From positions 602,434-666,433 of the forward strand of contig JADJWF010000002.1 of the NCBI GenBank assembly GCA_016716505.1: a stretch of DNA of 64,000 nucleotides, written 5' to 3'. Positions within the stretch are counted from its first letter, which is position 1, and each line of letters begins with the position of its first letter. Made by a program: the position numbers and the translations under genes. The DNA comes from Verrucomicrobiota bacterium (lineage in GTDB: Bacteria > Verrucomicrobiota > Verrucomicrobiia > Limisphaerales > J093). Under the pieces are notes generated by a model. The model was not told the origin of the DNA. It made no database searches and worked only from the letters and a program-made list of their open reading frames with translations. Positions 29,111-39,328 of the stretch are shown one piece after another.

Positions 29111-29903
29111 TCAACGCCGCACCGCTTCGATCTCCAGCCGCACGATGTCCACGAGCACGTTGCCACTTCCGTCCGGCGGCTGCCTGGCCACGTAGCGCGC
29201 CACCACCTCGGCGATGAACGCTTCCCGCCGGTCCACCGGCACCCGTTGCGTGTAGGGAAGCCAGGTGGTGCGCAGCCACGCGGCCAGGCCGGCCGGGCCA
29301 GCGTAGGCCACCCGGCCGGGCACCAAGGCGACGTGGATCTCGTGGAAGCCCGCCTCCATCAGCCAGCGCCGATACACCTCGGGCTCGTGAAAAAAGTACG
29401 GCACCGACAGTCGGCGAAACCACGCGCGCCAAGGCGCCTGCCGCATCACCGAACGCAGAGCGGCGAATACCTCCGCCGCGTTTCTTTCCGCCCGCGGCCA
29501 GCACGAGGCGTCCACCCGGCTTCAAGGCAGCCGCCGCCCCGCGCAGGAACGCGCGCTGATCGTCCACCCAGTGCAGAACGGCGTTTGAAAACACGACGTC
29601 GAACCTTGCCGGCCACGCCAGGCACCGCGCATCCATCGCGTGAAACTCGAGGTGAGACGGCCCGCCAGGCGATTGAACCTGCTTCGCATGACGGATCATT
29701 TCGGCGGAGGCGTCCACGCCAACCACCCGGCCGCGCGGGACGCGCCGCGCCAGCTCGGCGGTGACGCGACCATCACCGCAACCCACATCCAGGATGTGCT
29801 CGTCGCCGCGCAGGTGCAGGCGGTCCATGAGCTCCCGGGCGCATGCCTCCTGGGCGGAGGAGTTCGCCGCGTAGTCGGAGGGGTTCCAACGGATGTCGGT
29901 CAT
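29111..29903 (-). pseudogene. Class I SAM-dependent methyltransferase (Tam-like); frame broken at 29481-29487
   Basis: The N-terminus is in frame with ORF 27741..30224 (ILDVGCGDGRVTAELA, LKPGGRLVLAAGG). The C-terminus is in ORF 29111..29515 (NAAEVFAALRSV...RLEIEAVRR). The switch lies in GGAAAGAAAC and is consistent with a 1-nt insertion in an A-run. Confidence 0.7.
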
Positions 29904-30145
29904 CGAGAGCGTCCGGGGCATGAGCTCGAACTGGCTCGCAAGGGAGCCACAGCCGGCGGACGACCGCAAGCAGGGGAGCAATGCATCGAGGGCGTCAGGG
30001 GCCGGGCGCCCCGGTTCGACCCGTCGCGAACTCCCGTTCACCAGCCCGCGACGGCCGTCATGAGCGGCCGGTTGATCCGCCCCCTCGCTCGCGCAGCTCG
30101 GGCCATTTACCTTGCCCGCAAGCGCGGGCTTACTAGGCTGCTGGC

Positions 30146-33100
30146 ATGGCAAGATTTTCAAGGTTCCGGCCCTGCCGCGCCTGGCGGACGGGGGCGTGGC
30201 TGGCGGGTTTGACGCTCTGGGCATTGACCAGCGCCTGTGGGCGCTCCGGGCTTTCGGCCGAGGACGAGTTCATCAAGGCGATGAACTCGGGAAAAAACTA
30301 CCTCGACCAGGGACAGGCGGAGAAGGCCCTGCCCCTGTTTCAACGAGCCGTTGAGCTGCAGCCAAGCCGGCCCGATGCACTGCTGAACCTCGCCAATACG
30401 CATCTGCTCGGCAATGACCCCACCAACGCGATCCGGTTTGCCAAAGAGGCGCTCAACTTCGATCGCAATTCTGCCGCCGCCTACTACGTGGCCGGGTGCG
30501 GTTATTTGCGCCTCCGGCAGTTCGAGGAGGCCCTGCAATTCCTCCAACCGGCGCGCGACCTGGACCCGACCGTGGCCGCCGTCAGCTACCAGATCGCCCG
30601 CGCCCACGCCGAACTCGGCCAGGCGGACGCCGCCATGGCCGCGTATCAGGAAACCATCGCCCTCGAACCGGAACACCCGGTGGCCCACTACGCGTTGGGC
30701 CAGCTCCTCATTCGCTCCGGCCAGCAGGACGAGGGCATGGAGGCCATCCAGCGGCACGAAGCCATCCGGGCCAAAGGCACCGGCGCGCCGGCCACCCCCG
30801 AGCAGTTCGAGAAGTGCAAACACACCGCCGCCCGCGCCCCGCTCCAGATCCTAAAGCCGGACAAGAACGGCATTCCGGTGACTTTTGCCGACGCCACCGC
30901 AGCCGCGTTTGGCGCCGGGGCCGGCAAATACGCCGCGCCGCTCGGCGTGATTGACTACAACCACGACGATCGCAACAGCCTCTTTGTGTTCGAGCCGGGC
31001 TCAGGTTTTCGGGTGCTGGACAACCAGCGCGGCACCTTCAAGCCGCTGGGGGAGGCCCTGCCGACGCCCGCCGACGCCGCCTTTCGCCGGATCGTGGTGG
31101 GCGATTTCAACAACGACCGGATTGAGGACGTGCTCGCCGCGGGCGAGTCCGGCTCGCAGATCTTCCGGTTTGCCACCAATGGCGCGGCGCGGGATTTCAC
31201 GACGGCGTCGAACCTGCGCAACTTGAAGCTCCTGGCGCTCGACGCCGTGGCGCTCGACCTCGATTTCACCGGCAAACTGGACATCGTCGCGGTCCTGCCC
31301 GGCGGGAGCGGCCTGCGCGTGTTGCGCAACCTGGGCAACATGTATTTCAAGGACATCACGGCGACCTCCGGAGTGCCGACCGAGGTCAACGGGGTGCGTC
31401 AGCTTGCCGTGGATGATTGGAACAATGATGACCTGCTGGACCTGCTCGTTGGCCAGGAGTCCCGACCTCCCCTGTATCTCGAAAAAGTGCGGGGCGCGCC
31501 GCTCATGCCCACCAACCTGCCGCCCGGTCAGCTCGACGGCGCGGTCATCGCCATCGGGGACGTGAACGGCGACCTCCGGGTGGACCTGCTGGCCGGCTCT
31601 CCCCAACACGTGGACGTGCTGCTCGGCGGAGTCAACCGCTTCTTGCGACTGCCGATCGCGCAGCCCGGGCTCGAGTCGCTGCGGCTCGTGGATTTCGATA
31701 ACGACGGCTGGCTCGACATACTCGCCGTTGGGGACGGCTTGCAACTCTGGCGGAACATCGGCGACGGCCAGTTCGTGAACGTCACCGCAGCCACGAAGCT
31801 CGATCAGGTGCCTGCCACCAGGATTCGCGACGTGGCCCTGGCCGACTTCGATCAGGACGGCGACACCGATTTCGTGCTCGCGCTGGCAGACGGGGGCCTG
31901 CGCTTCTACCGCAACGACGGCGGCAACGCCAATCTCCAGCTCAAGCTCCGGCTGCTTGGCAAACGGTCAAACGCCAGCGGCCTCGGCATTCGCGTCGAAA
32001 TCGCTGCCGGTGCCTTCCGAGTGCATCGCACCTTGCAGACCCTGCCGCTGGAAATCGGCGTCGCCCGCAATGACAAGCTCGACTCCGTGACGGCACGGTG
32101 GTTCGACCTGTCGTTCAATCAGGTGGATGTGAAGCCCGATCCCAAGGCCTCGATCGTGGTGTTTGAACCCGAGCTGCCGGTCGGCTCCTGCCCGTACGTG
32201 TACGTTTGGGACGGCGAGAAATTCCGCTTCGTGTCGGACATCCTCGGCTCGGCGCCTGTCGGGCTGCGGCTGACGGACTCGGTCTTCATTGACGCTGACC
32301 CATTCGAGTACGTCCTTTTGGGCACCGACCGGGACGTGGCGCCGCGAAACGGACGCTATGCCCTCGAAATCACCGAGGAACTTCGCGAGGTGCTTTACCT
32401 CGATGAGGCCAAACTGGTGGTCGTGGACCACCCGGAGGGGACCGAGGTTCACACCACGGACAAGCTGCGTCCAGCCAAGCCCTTCCCGCGCGGTGAACTC
32501 TGGACGCTTGCCTCGCGGAAGCCCCTGCAAAAGGCCACCACCCTTGACGGCGCCGATGTCACGGATGCTCTCCAGGAGAACGACGGCCACAAAGTCTCCC
32601 CGGCGCGCCTGCGCATCCCGCAGTTGCGCGGCCTGGCCGAACCGCACGGGGTGATCCTCGACTTCGGCCCGCTCGACCACGGCCGGCCGCTCGTGCTGGC
32701 ACTCACCGGCTGGCTGCGCTTCGGGGGAGGGATGGCGAACGTGGGCGCCTCGCACGATCCCGAGTTGCCGTTCCCGTTCCCAACGCTGGAGGTGGAAACG
32801 GAAGCGGCAGGGTGGACCCCGGTGGCTGTCACCGTCGGCGCGCCTTCGGGCAAAACCAAGACCATCCTGGTGGACCTGGCGGGCCAGCTCCCTGCGGGCA
32901 GCCGGCGGCTGAAGTTGAGCGCGGCGTTTGAGCTGCACTGGGATCGGATTGCGTTGTTCGAACGCGCCCCTGGAGCGAGCACACGGATCCTGCCGCTCAC
33001 GCCGGACCGGGCTGATCTGTATTGGCGCGGATTCAGCGAGTTCGCAGACCTGCCGTGGACCTTTCCCCTCACGCCGGTGTTTGACCGGGTCTTCCAAAAT

Positions 33101-33472
33101 CCGCATTGGGCGATCACGCCAACAGGCTGGTGTACGCGGTACGGACCAGTTGGGGAATTGATCGCGGAGGCGGACAACGGGCTCGCGATTCTCAACGGCG
33201 GGGATGCGTTGCGACTGGAATTCGACAGCTTGCGAGTCCCCGCCAAGCCAGCCGGCTACCAACGCAGCTTCTTCCTCTACAGTGTGGGCTGGGACAAGGA
33301 TGCGGACTTCCATGTGGAACTGGGATGGCAGGTCGAGCCGCTGCCCTGGCACGGGATGGACGACCAGGCCTACGGCCGCGAAGCGCGCCCACCCTTTGCC
33401 AGCGATGCCCTCAACGGCAAGTACAACACCCGCTGGGTCCCCCAACCCACCCTGAAACGGGCCGCGAAGTGA
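30146..33472 (+). CDS. Lipoprotein with N-terminal TPR repeats, FG-GAP/VCBS repeats and ASPIC/UnbV-like C-terminal domain (CRTAC1-type)
   Basis: Lipobox LTSAC, TPR units (AAYYVAGCGYLRLRQFEEALQFLQPA...), repeated DFNNDRIEDVL / DDWNNDDLLDLL / DFDNDGWLDIL / DFDQDGDTDFV motifs, and GLGIRVEI. Confidence 0.8.
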   Translation: MARFSRFRPCRAWRTGAWLAGLTLWALTSACGRSGLSAEDEFIKAMNSGKNYLDQGQAEKALPLFQRAVELQPSRPDALLNLANTHLLGNDPTNAIRFAKEALNFDRNSAAAYYVAGCGYLRLRQFEEALQFLQPARDLDPTVAAVSYQIARAHAELGQADAAMAAYQETIALEPEHPVAHYALGQLLIRSGQQDEGMEAIQRHEAIRAKGTGAPATPEQFEKCKHTAARAPLQILKPDKNGIPVTFADATAAAFGAGAGKYAAPLGVIDYNHDDRNSLFVFEPGSGFRVLDNQRGTFKPLGEALPTPADAAFRRIVVGDFNNDRIEDVLAAGESGSQIFRFATNGAARDFTTASNLRNLKLLALDAVALDLDFTGKLDIVAVLPGGSGLRVLRNLGNMYFKDITATSGVPTEVNGVRQLAVDDWNNDDLLDLLVGQESRPPLYLEKVRGAPLMPTNLPPGQLDGAVIAIGDVNGDLRVDLLAGSPQHVDVLLGGVNRFLRLPIAQPGLESLRLVDFDNDGWLDILAVGDGLQLWRNIGDGQFVNVTAATKLDQVPATRIRDVALADFDQDGDTDFVLALADGGLRFYRNDGGNANLQLKLRLLGKRSNASGLGIRVEIAAGAFRVHRTLQTLPLEIGVARNDKLDSVTARWFDLSFNQVDVKPDPKASIVVFEPELPVGSCPYVYVWDGEKFRFVSDILGSAPVGLRLTDSVFIDADPFEYVLLGTDRDVAPRNGRYALEITEELREVLYLDEAKLVVVDHPEGTEVHTTDKLRPAKPFPRGELWTLASRKPLQKATTLDGADVTDALQENDGHKVSPARLRIPQLRGLAEPHGVILDFGPLDHGRPLVLALTGWLRFGGGMANVGASHDPELPFPFPTLEVETEAAGWTPVAVTVGAPSGKTKTILVDLAGQLPAGSRRLKLSAAFELHWDRIALFERAPGASTRILPLTPDRADLYWRGFSEFADLPWTFPLTPVFDRVFQNPHWAITPTGWCTRYGPVGELIAEADNGLAILNGGDALRLEFDSLRVPAKPAGYQRSFFLYSVGWDKDADFHVELGWQVEPLPWHGMDDQAYGREARPPFASDALNGKYNTRWVPQPTLKRAAK

Positions 33473-33505
33473 TCGCTCCTGCCGGTAATTGCCGGAAACT
33501 ACCTG

Positions 33506-33533
33506 TTGACTTGAAGGGGTTGTTTGTTAGCGT
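33506..33533 (+). promoter_or_regulatory. Possible sigma-70-type promoter of rplM-rpsI
   Basis: TTGACT (33506-33511), 16 nt spacer, TAGCGT (33528-33533), about 25 nt upstream of the GAGGGA RBS and the ATG at 33559. Based on pattern match only. Confidence 0.3.
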
Positions 33534-33558
33534 CCCCGGCCTTTGATTTCGAGGGAAA

Positions 33559-33993
33559 ATGAAGACCCATCTCCCCAAAGTGGACCTGAATGCCCGCAAG
33601 TGGCATGTCGTGGATGCGGACGGCAAGGTGCTCGGGCGCCTGGCAGTGCAGATCGCGGACATCCTGCGCGGCAAGGACAAGCCGGTGTACACGCCGCATC
33701 TGGATGCGGGCGATTTCGTCGTGGTGATCAATGCGGAAAAGGTGCGCGTCACCGGCAAGAAGGAAACCGATAAACGCTACATGACCTACTCCGGCTGGAA
33801 GGGCGGCGAAAAGTACCGCACCGTGGCGGAGGTCCGCCAGCGCCATCCCGAGAGGCTGATCATGCACGCGGTCAAGGGCATGATCCCCAAGAACCGGTTG
33901 GGCGATCGTCTGCTCACCAAGCTGAAGGTGTACAAGGGCCCGGATCATCCCCACGCCGCCCAGCAACCCGTCCCGCTGACTTCCATCGCTTAA
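33559..33993 (+). CDS. rplM: 50S ribosomal protein L13
   Basis: [50 protein letters not shown]. Confidence 0.95.
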   Translation: MKTHLPKVDLNARKWHVVDADGKVLGRLAVQIADILRGKDKPVYTPHLDAGDFVVVINAEKVRVTGKKETDKRYMTYSGWKGGEKYRTVAEVRQRHPERLIMHAVKGMIPKNRLGDRLLTKLKVYKGPDHPHAAQQPVPLTSIA

Positions 33994-33999
33994 ACCAAC

Positions 34000-34395
34000 A
34001 TGGCGCAGACCAACGAATTCCTCGGCACCGGACGCCGGAAGACTTCCGTCGCCCGCGTGCGTCTCGCTCCGGGCACCGGCAAGATCACGGTGAATGGCCG
34101 GACCCTCGACGTTTATTTCCGCCTCGACAACCAGCGGATGCTCGTGACGCAGCCCCTGCAGTTGACGGAGACTGCCGGCAAGTATGATGTTCGCGTGAAC
34201 GTGAAGGGCGGCGGCCCAAGCGGCCAGGCTGGTGCCATCCGCCACGGCATTGCCCGCGCGCTGATCGAGGCCGATGCCAACCTGCGGCCCACCCTCAAGT
34301 CCAATGGCCTGCTGACCCGCGACCCGCGAATGCGGGAGCGCAAGAAGTACGGCCAGCCAGGCGCTCGCAAACGCTTCCAGTTCAGCAAACGCTAA
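34000..34395 (+). CDS. rpsI: 30S ribosomal protein S9
   Basis: [14 protein letters not shown]..., [44 protein letters not shown]. Confidence 0.95.
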   Translation: MAQTNEFLGTGRRKTSVARVRLAPGTGKITVNGRTLDVYFRLDNQRMLVTQPLQLTETAGKYDVRVNVKGGGPSGQAGAIRHGIARALIEADANLRPTLKSNGLLTRDPRMRERKKYGQPGARKRFQFSKR

Positions 34396-34418
34396 ACGAA
34401 GCCCTTCCCCTTTGTCCG

Positions 34419-34456
34419 CACCCCGGCGTCGGCGACGGCGTCGGGGTGTTTCGTTT
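34419..34456 (+). terminator. Rho-independent terminator after rpsI
   Basis: About 12 bp GC-rich stem (CACCCCGGCGTC...GACGGCGTCGGGGTG, with wobble pairs) followed by TTTCGTTT. Confidence 0.6.
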
Positions 34457-34552
34457 GGGGGGCAATCGGGTGAAGAACTCCGGCGAGGGTGGAGCCCGCT
34501 CGCCCGCTCCAAGCAGGTTCAGCGAAACGGGGGCAGAGATTCCGAAACCAGA

Positions 34553-35305
34553 CTACTCGGGCTTGGCGAAGGCGTTGGCCGGCAGCACCACGTTTTGGCG
34601 GACCTCGGTGACCTTCATTTCGAACTCCAGGACACCCTGGTCCGGCGGTTCGATCTTCATCTGAACCGCGTGCGGTTGCTGAACCCCGTTCACCGGCCGG
34701 TAGTCCTCAAACTTCAGGAAGTTCTTCATACGGCCGGCGCTAGTGTCGTGCTCTGACTCCCGTTGCGCGAGCAGGCCGGTTTCGCTGCTAAACCAGAACT
34801 TCTCCACCGCGCCACCTGGCAAGCGGGCCGCCAAAACTTCCAGTTTCTTGCCGCCGACGGTCTCCGTCCCGGCGTACGTCAACGGCGCGAAGAGCTGCTT
34901 CATCTGCAGCGGTTGATGGAAGACCGCATCCCGGGCCAATTTGGCCAGCTCCTCCCCCGTTCGTTCCGTTATGCCCTGGAAAGGGTTGGCCGCCCAAGCC
35001 TTCCGACCATCGTACACCTCCCGCATCGTGCCCATGCCCGGGATTTCGACCCGGGAGGCCTGGGAGGAAGGGGCGGCCCGGGTGATTTCAACCTGAATCT
35101 CGGTTCCGTTGACGGTCGAAACCGCCTTCGCGACGCTGTTGGTAATCTTCTCGATGGCGGCCCGGCCGCCCAGCGCCTCGATGTACTTCGCCAGAATCGC
35201 GTCCACCTTGGAGGCACCCGCGGCGGGGGCATCGGCGGCGGAAGCCAGTGACAGAACGCTGGCGGCTGCGAGCATCAGAACCCGGACTGTTAAGGAAGCT
35301 TTCAT
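34553..35305 (-). CDS. Secreted hypothetical protein (LolA-like/outer-membrane-lipoprotein-sorting-like, tentative)
   Basis: Signal peptide MKASLTVRVLMLAAASVLSLASA. Family assignment is tentative. Confidence 0.55.
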   Translation of the reverse strand: MKASLTVRVLMLAAASVLSLASAADAPAAGASKVDAILAKYIEALGGRAAIEKITNSVAKAVSTVNGTEIQVEITRAAPSSQASRVEIPGMGTMREVYDGRKAWAANPFQGITERTGEELAKLARDAVFHQPLQMKQLFAPLTYAGTETVGGKKLEVLAARLPGGAVEKFWFSSETGLLAQRESEHDTSAGRMKNFLKFEDYRPVNGVQQPHAVQMKIEPPDQGVLEFEMKVTEVRQNVVLPANAFAKPE

Positions 35306-35410
35306 GATTGAATTGAGCCACCGCATGTCGCCTCGCCGGGCCGGGTTTGTCAACCGCTGCTTGCCGGATCCCGCGCGCCTCGGGCTCAAACGAAACCCCG
35401 GCACCCGGAT

Positions 35411-36574
35411 TCAGGCCCTGGCCCGAATCGTATTCCGCCGCCCTGACCGATGGGCGCCGATGATGGCGACCAGAGTCTGCTGAAGGAGCAGTTGTTCGTC
35501 CAGACCGCTGGAGACCAATTGCACGTTGCCGACCAGCAGCCGCTCCAGCGCCGCGACCAGTTCTTCGCGCGAGTAGTTGGCCGCCTGCGGCAGCGCCTTG
35601 AACAGGATGTAGGCGTTGATGGCGGCCGGGTTGTATCGCTTGTCTTCGGGCAACTGCTCCTTCGGGAGGCGCTCGAGCTGGGACTTGAACCGCTGGTAAT
35701 CGCCGACTGGTTGCACCAGTCCTCGCCCGATCAGCTCCTTCAGGAGGAGTAGCTGTCGCACTTTTCCAATCAGGCCATACAGCACGCCAATGCTCGACTT
35801 GTCGCGGTCCACGCGGTTGCGGATGGCCCAGAACTCCTCGTCCAACCGGCGCAGGGCACGTGGCAGATCACGATCCCCCAGCGCTTCCGCCAGCCCAAAC
35901 GACCGGGTCTGCTTGTGCCGCGACGTCAACAGCGCCACGTCCCCGACCGTAATCTCCGGCCGCTCGGCGGCATACAGCGCCAGCTTCTCCACTTCATTGG
36001 CCAGCTCGCGCAGATTCGGACCGACGGCGGAGACAAACTCGTTCATCGCCTCGTCGCTCATCCGCTTGTCCCGCGCCCGCAGTTGGTCCCGGACAAACAA
36101 CTCGGCCTGTGCAACCCAGTCCTTGTCCGAAACACTGAGGGGCTCGTAGGTTTCGACTGCGGCGATTTTCTCGAGCGCCTTCAGGAAGGCCTTCCGCCGG
36201 TCCACCTTGCCGGCACTGATCAACACCCGGAGCTTCTCGCCCGGCAACCGTCTCAGATCTTCGAGTACGCCCGCGAGGCGCTCGGTCACCGCCCGGCTGC
36301 TCGATACCCTGTCCTCGGCCAGAAAGTTGCAGTCCCGGAACCAGACCAGCTTGGAGCTGCCGAAAAACGGCAAAGTCTGAAGCGCCTCGGTCAGCCGACT
36401 CATGCTGCGCCCGGCCTCGTCCGAGTTGGAAGCGCTGGCATCCACGATCTCCACGTCGGCATCCGGTGCCGCGCGACGCCAGCCCTCGAACACCGCCCGC
36501 GCCCGCTCCTTGACCGTAAAATCATCCTCGCCGCAAATCAGCACCAAGGGCGCGGTGGAGACGGCGGAGGGCAT
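35411..36574 (-). CDS. holA: DNA polymerase III delta subunit
   Basis: Length and pattern fit: LVLICGEDDF..., ...LFGSSKLVWFRD, C-terminal helical domain. Confidence 0.75.
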   Translation of the reverse strand: MPSAVSTAPLVLICGEDDFTVKERARAVFEGWRRAAPDADVEIVDASASNSDEAGRSMSRLTEALQTLPFFGSSKLVWFRDCNFLAEDRVSSSRAVTERLAGVLEDLRRLPGEKLRVLISAGKVDRRKAFLKALEKIAAVETYEPLSVSDKDWVAQAELFVRDQLRARDKRMSDEAMNEFVSAVGPNLRELANEVEKLALYAAERPEITVGDVALLTSRHKQTRSFGLAEALGDRDLPRALRRLDEEFWAIRNRVDRDKSSIGVLYGLIGKVRQLLLLKELIGRGLVQPVGDYQRFKSQLERLPKEQLPEDKRYNPAAINAYILFKALPQAANYSREELVAALERLLVGNVQLVSSGLDEQLLLQQTLVAIIGAHRSGRRNTIRARA

Positions 36575-36616
36575 GGGCTAGTGGGGGGGGGACAGCCAGC
36601 GCGGCGATTGCCACGC

Positions 36617-37075
36617 TTACGCCTGCTCCGCATCCGAACTGGATTCACTGAGGCGCGTCAGCGCCTCGGACATGTCCTCGACCTGATCAAACAGCCGCCG
36701 GGTCACGTAGATCGGCTTCTTCTGCGCAATGGCCAGCGCGATCGAGTCGCTCGGCCGGGCGTCCACCTCCAGCAGTTTCCGCCCCAGCTCGTTCTCCTGC
36801 TGAAGAATGATCCGGGCGTAGTACGTCGCGTTGCGCAGTTCGGTGATCACGACGCGTTCCACGGTCACGCCCAACCCCTGCAGGATCATCAGCAGCAGAT
36901 CGTGGGTGAGCGGGCGCTCCTTGGTCTCGCTGCGCATGAAGTTGCTGATCACCATGCCCACGTTGTGGTCCACCTGGATCACGAACACTTTCTCGTCGTT
37001 GCCCACGAAGATCGCGCATCCGTTGTTCACCGGCAGCAGGCCGCGGATCTCCACTTGCACGACATCGTTCTTCAT
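36617..37075 (-). CDS. Bifunctional nuclease (BFN/DUF151) family protein
   Basis: VQVEIRGLLPVNNGCAIFVG..., ERPLTHDLL, ARPSDSIALAIAQKKPIYV. Confidence 0.85.
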   Translation of the reverse strand: MKNDVVQVEIRGLLPVNNGCAIFVGNDEKVFVIQVDHNVGMVISNFMRSETKERPLTHDLLLMILQGLGVTVERVVITELRNATYYARIILQQENELGRKLLEVDARPSDSIALAIAQKKPIYVTRRLFDQVEDMSEALTRLSESSSDAEQA

Positions 37076-37558
37076 GCCCCAAGTCTAGGGTTTGGGCGGG
37101 CGAAACACAAGTTGCTGGGAACCCACCCGCGCGCCTTGACGCGCCCCACGCCGGACGACGCCCCAGCAGGGAACGCTGCGCCAACCGCAGTTACACACTT
37201 CGGGGGAGGTGGGAGATTCTTCGGTTCTTCACGGAATTCCGGAGGCGGAAAATGGAGATCAGCGGCGAGCCGGGCCGTCTGGCCGTGAGAAAAGGGAACG
37301 GAGGGCCGACCAGCCGCCACCAGATTGACCCGAACTGACCTTGCCGGTCTGCCCGAGAATGGGAGCTGCGGTCAGTCCGGCACGGCCGGGCGATGGCCCG
37401 TGGACCCGCAGCCACTTGAGGGAGGTCGGGCTGGAGTTGGCGCCCTGCCCGCCTTGATCTGCGGTCCCCCAAATCACGTGGCCGAACACGACCACACGTC
37501 GCGCTCCCGCCATTTTCTAACTGAAATTCCCCCCGTCCGTTCGTAGCTTCCCGGCCTG

Positions 37559-38758
37559 ATGAGGCCGATGTTCGACGGCATAGACGCGCTGGTGGCCGAC
37601 ATCCGCGCGGGCCGGATGGTGATTCTGGTGGACGACGCCGACCGCGAAAACGAGGGCGACCTCGTGATGGCGGCCGATCACGTCACGCCGGAGGCCATCA
37701 ATTTCATGGCCCGGTTCGGGCGGGGGTTGATCTGCGTGCCGACGACCTCCGAGCGCCTGCAGCAACTGGGCATCGAGCGGATGGTTTCCCACAACCGCGA
37801 GAGCTTCAAAACAGACTTCCAAGTCAGCGTGGACGCGGCCACCGGCATCACCACCGGGATCAGCGCCGCCGACCGGGCCCGCACCATCCAGGTGATGGCC
37901 GACCCCGCGGCCACGCCGTCCGACCTCGTTCAACCGGGCCACGTCTTTCCTTTGCGGGCCAAACAGGGCGGCGTGCTGCAGCGCGCCGGACACACGGAGG
38001 CGGCGGTGGACCTTGCCACGCTCGCCGGCTGCCGGCCGATGGCCGTGATTTGCGAGATCATGAGCGACGACGGGACCATGGCGCGGTTGCCGGAACTGCG
38101 TCGCTTCGCCCGCAAGCACCGCCTGAAGCTCGGCACCATCGAGGATCTCATCAAATACCGCCGGGCCAGCGAGCGTCTGGTGGAGCGCGTGGAAACCATT
38201 CATCTGCCCACGGACTACGGCGATTTCCTGCTGCATCTCTACCGGTCGAAACTCGACGGCCAGCATCACCTCGCACTCGTCTGCGGCGAGGTGGCCGGCC
38301 GGAAGAACGTCCTTGTGCGCGTCCACAGCGAATGCCTAACCGGCGACGTCTTCGGCTCGAAGCGGTGCGACTGCGGCCCGCAACTGCATCAAGCCATGAA
38401 GATGGTCGCCCGCGAGGGTGCCGGCGTGATCGTGTACATGCGCCAGGAGGGCCGGGGGATTGGCCTCGGTCCGAAGATCCAGGCGTACAAACTGCAAGAG
38501 CGCGGCCTCGACACGGTGGAGGCCAATCTGAAGCTGGGCTACGGCATGGACCTGCGCGAGTACGGCCTGGGCGCGCAAATCCTCGCCGACCTCGGGCTCA
38601 AAACCATTCGTCTGCTGACCAACAATCCGAAGAAGCTGGTGGGGCTCGAAGGCTACGGTCTGGAGATCGTTGAGCAGGTCCCCATCCGGGTCGCCCCCAA
38701 CCCGCACAACGCAAAGTATCTAAAGACCAAGAAGGAAAAGATGGGGCATCTGATCTGA
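37559..38758 (+). CDS. ribBA: Bifunctional 3,4-dihydroxy-2-butanone-4-phosphate synthase / GTP cyclohydrolase II
   Basis: VDDADRENEGDLV, GHTEAAVDL, VRVHSECLTGDVFGSKRCDCG, RQEGRGIGL. Confidence 0.95.
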   Translation: MRPMFDGIDALVADIRAGRMVILVDDADRENEGDLVMAADHVTPEAINFMARFGRGLICVPTTSERLQQLGIERMVSHNRESFKTDFQVSVDAATGITTGISAADRARTIQVMADPAATPSDLVQPGHVFPLRAKQGGVLQRAGHTEAAVDLATLAGCRPMAVICEIMSDDGTMARLPELRRFARKHRLKLGTIEDLIKYRRASERLVERVETIHLPTDYGDFLLHLYRSKLDGQHHLALVCGEVAGRKNVLVRVHSECLTGDVFGSKRCDCGPQLHQAMKMVAREGAGVIVYMRQEGRGIGLGPKIQAYKLQERGLDTVEANLKLGYGMDLREYGLGAQILADLGLKTIRLLTNNPKKLVGLEGYGLEIVEQVPIRVAPNPHNAKYLKTKKEKMGHLI

Positions 38759-38825
38759 AGCGCGCCGGATGGCTGCCGGATGGCCGCGCCCCCTGCACGA
38801 AACGAAATACCCTCCCCCGACTCCC

Positions 38826-39326
38826 ATGCTGCAACCCGTTACCCGCCACCCACGCCGGGCGTCCGGCGGACGATTCGCCATCGTGGCTTCCGAGTACAAC
38901 GGCCGCTATGTCGGCGCGATGCTCCGGGCCGCCCGGGCCGAACTCCTCGCCGCCGAGGTCGCGGAGTTGAAGATCATCCGCGTGCCGGGGGCGTTCGAAA
39001 TTCCCGCCGTGGCCGCACGACTGGCCCGGCTGACTTCGCCCGGCTTCGACGCGATCATCTGTCTGGGCGTGATCCTTCGCGGCCAGACCACGCACGCGGA
39101 GCATATCGGCACCGGTGTAACCAACGCGTTGATCCAGCTTCAGGTGGAGACCGGGAAACCCCTGATTCACGAAGTGTTGTTGCTGGAGAATGAAGAACAG
39201 GCCCGGGCGCGCTGCCTCAGCAAGGAACACAATCGCGGCGCGGAGGCGGCGCAGACTGCGTTGGCCATGGCGGCCGTGATGCGCCGCCTGCCACGGGAGC
39301 CGAGCGACAACGAAGTGCCCTTCTGA
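38826..39326 (+). CDS. ribH: 6,7-dimethyl-8-ribityllumazine synthase
   Basis: RFAIVASEYNGRYV, VPGAFEIP, DAIICLGVILRGQTTHAEHI. Confidence 0.93.
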   Translation: MLQPVTRHPRRASGGRFAIVASEYNGRYVGAMLRAARAELLAAEVAELKIIRVPGAFEIPAVAARLARLTSPGFDAIICLGVILRGQTTHAEHIGTGVTNALIQLQVETGKPLIHEVLLLENEEQARARCLSKEHNRGAEAAQTALAMAAVMRRLPREPSDNEVPF

Positions 39327-39328
39327 CC

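Noticed and set aside
27741-30224. 827-aa ORF that looks like a giant methyltransferase-ArgJ fusion
   Set aside because: Only the first roughly 140 aa after MTDIRW and the last 445 aa (ArgJ) look like real protein. The middle is Arg/Gly/Ala-rich out-of-frame read-through. The methyltransferase C-terminus sits in another frame (29111..29515), and argJ has its own ATG at 29078.
37072-37320. 82-aa ORF whose TGA overlaps the BFN nuclease ATG (ATGA), suggesting a coupled upstream gene
   Set aside because: The ATGA arises trivially because the second codon of the nuclease gene starts with A. The ORF has a GTG start, Pro/Gly/Ala-rich composition and no domain.
37200-37345. FMN riboswitch upstream of ribBA
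   Set aside because: It shows only fragmentary similarity. The conserved P2 GGGG/CCCC pairing, ACCGGCGG and the 3' CCGACAGU-GUCUGGAUG blocks are missing. It is kept as an open question in the findings.
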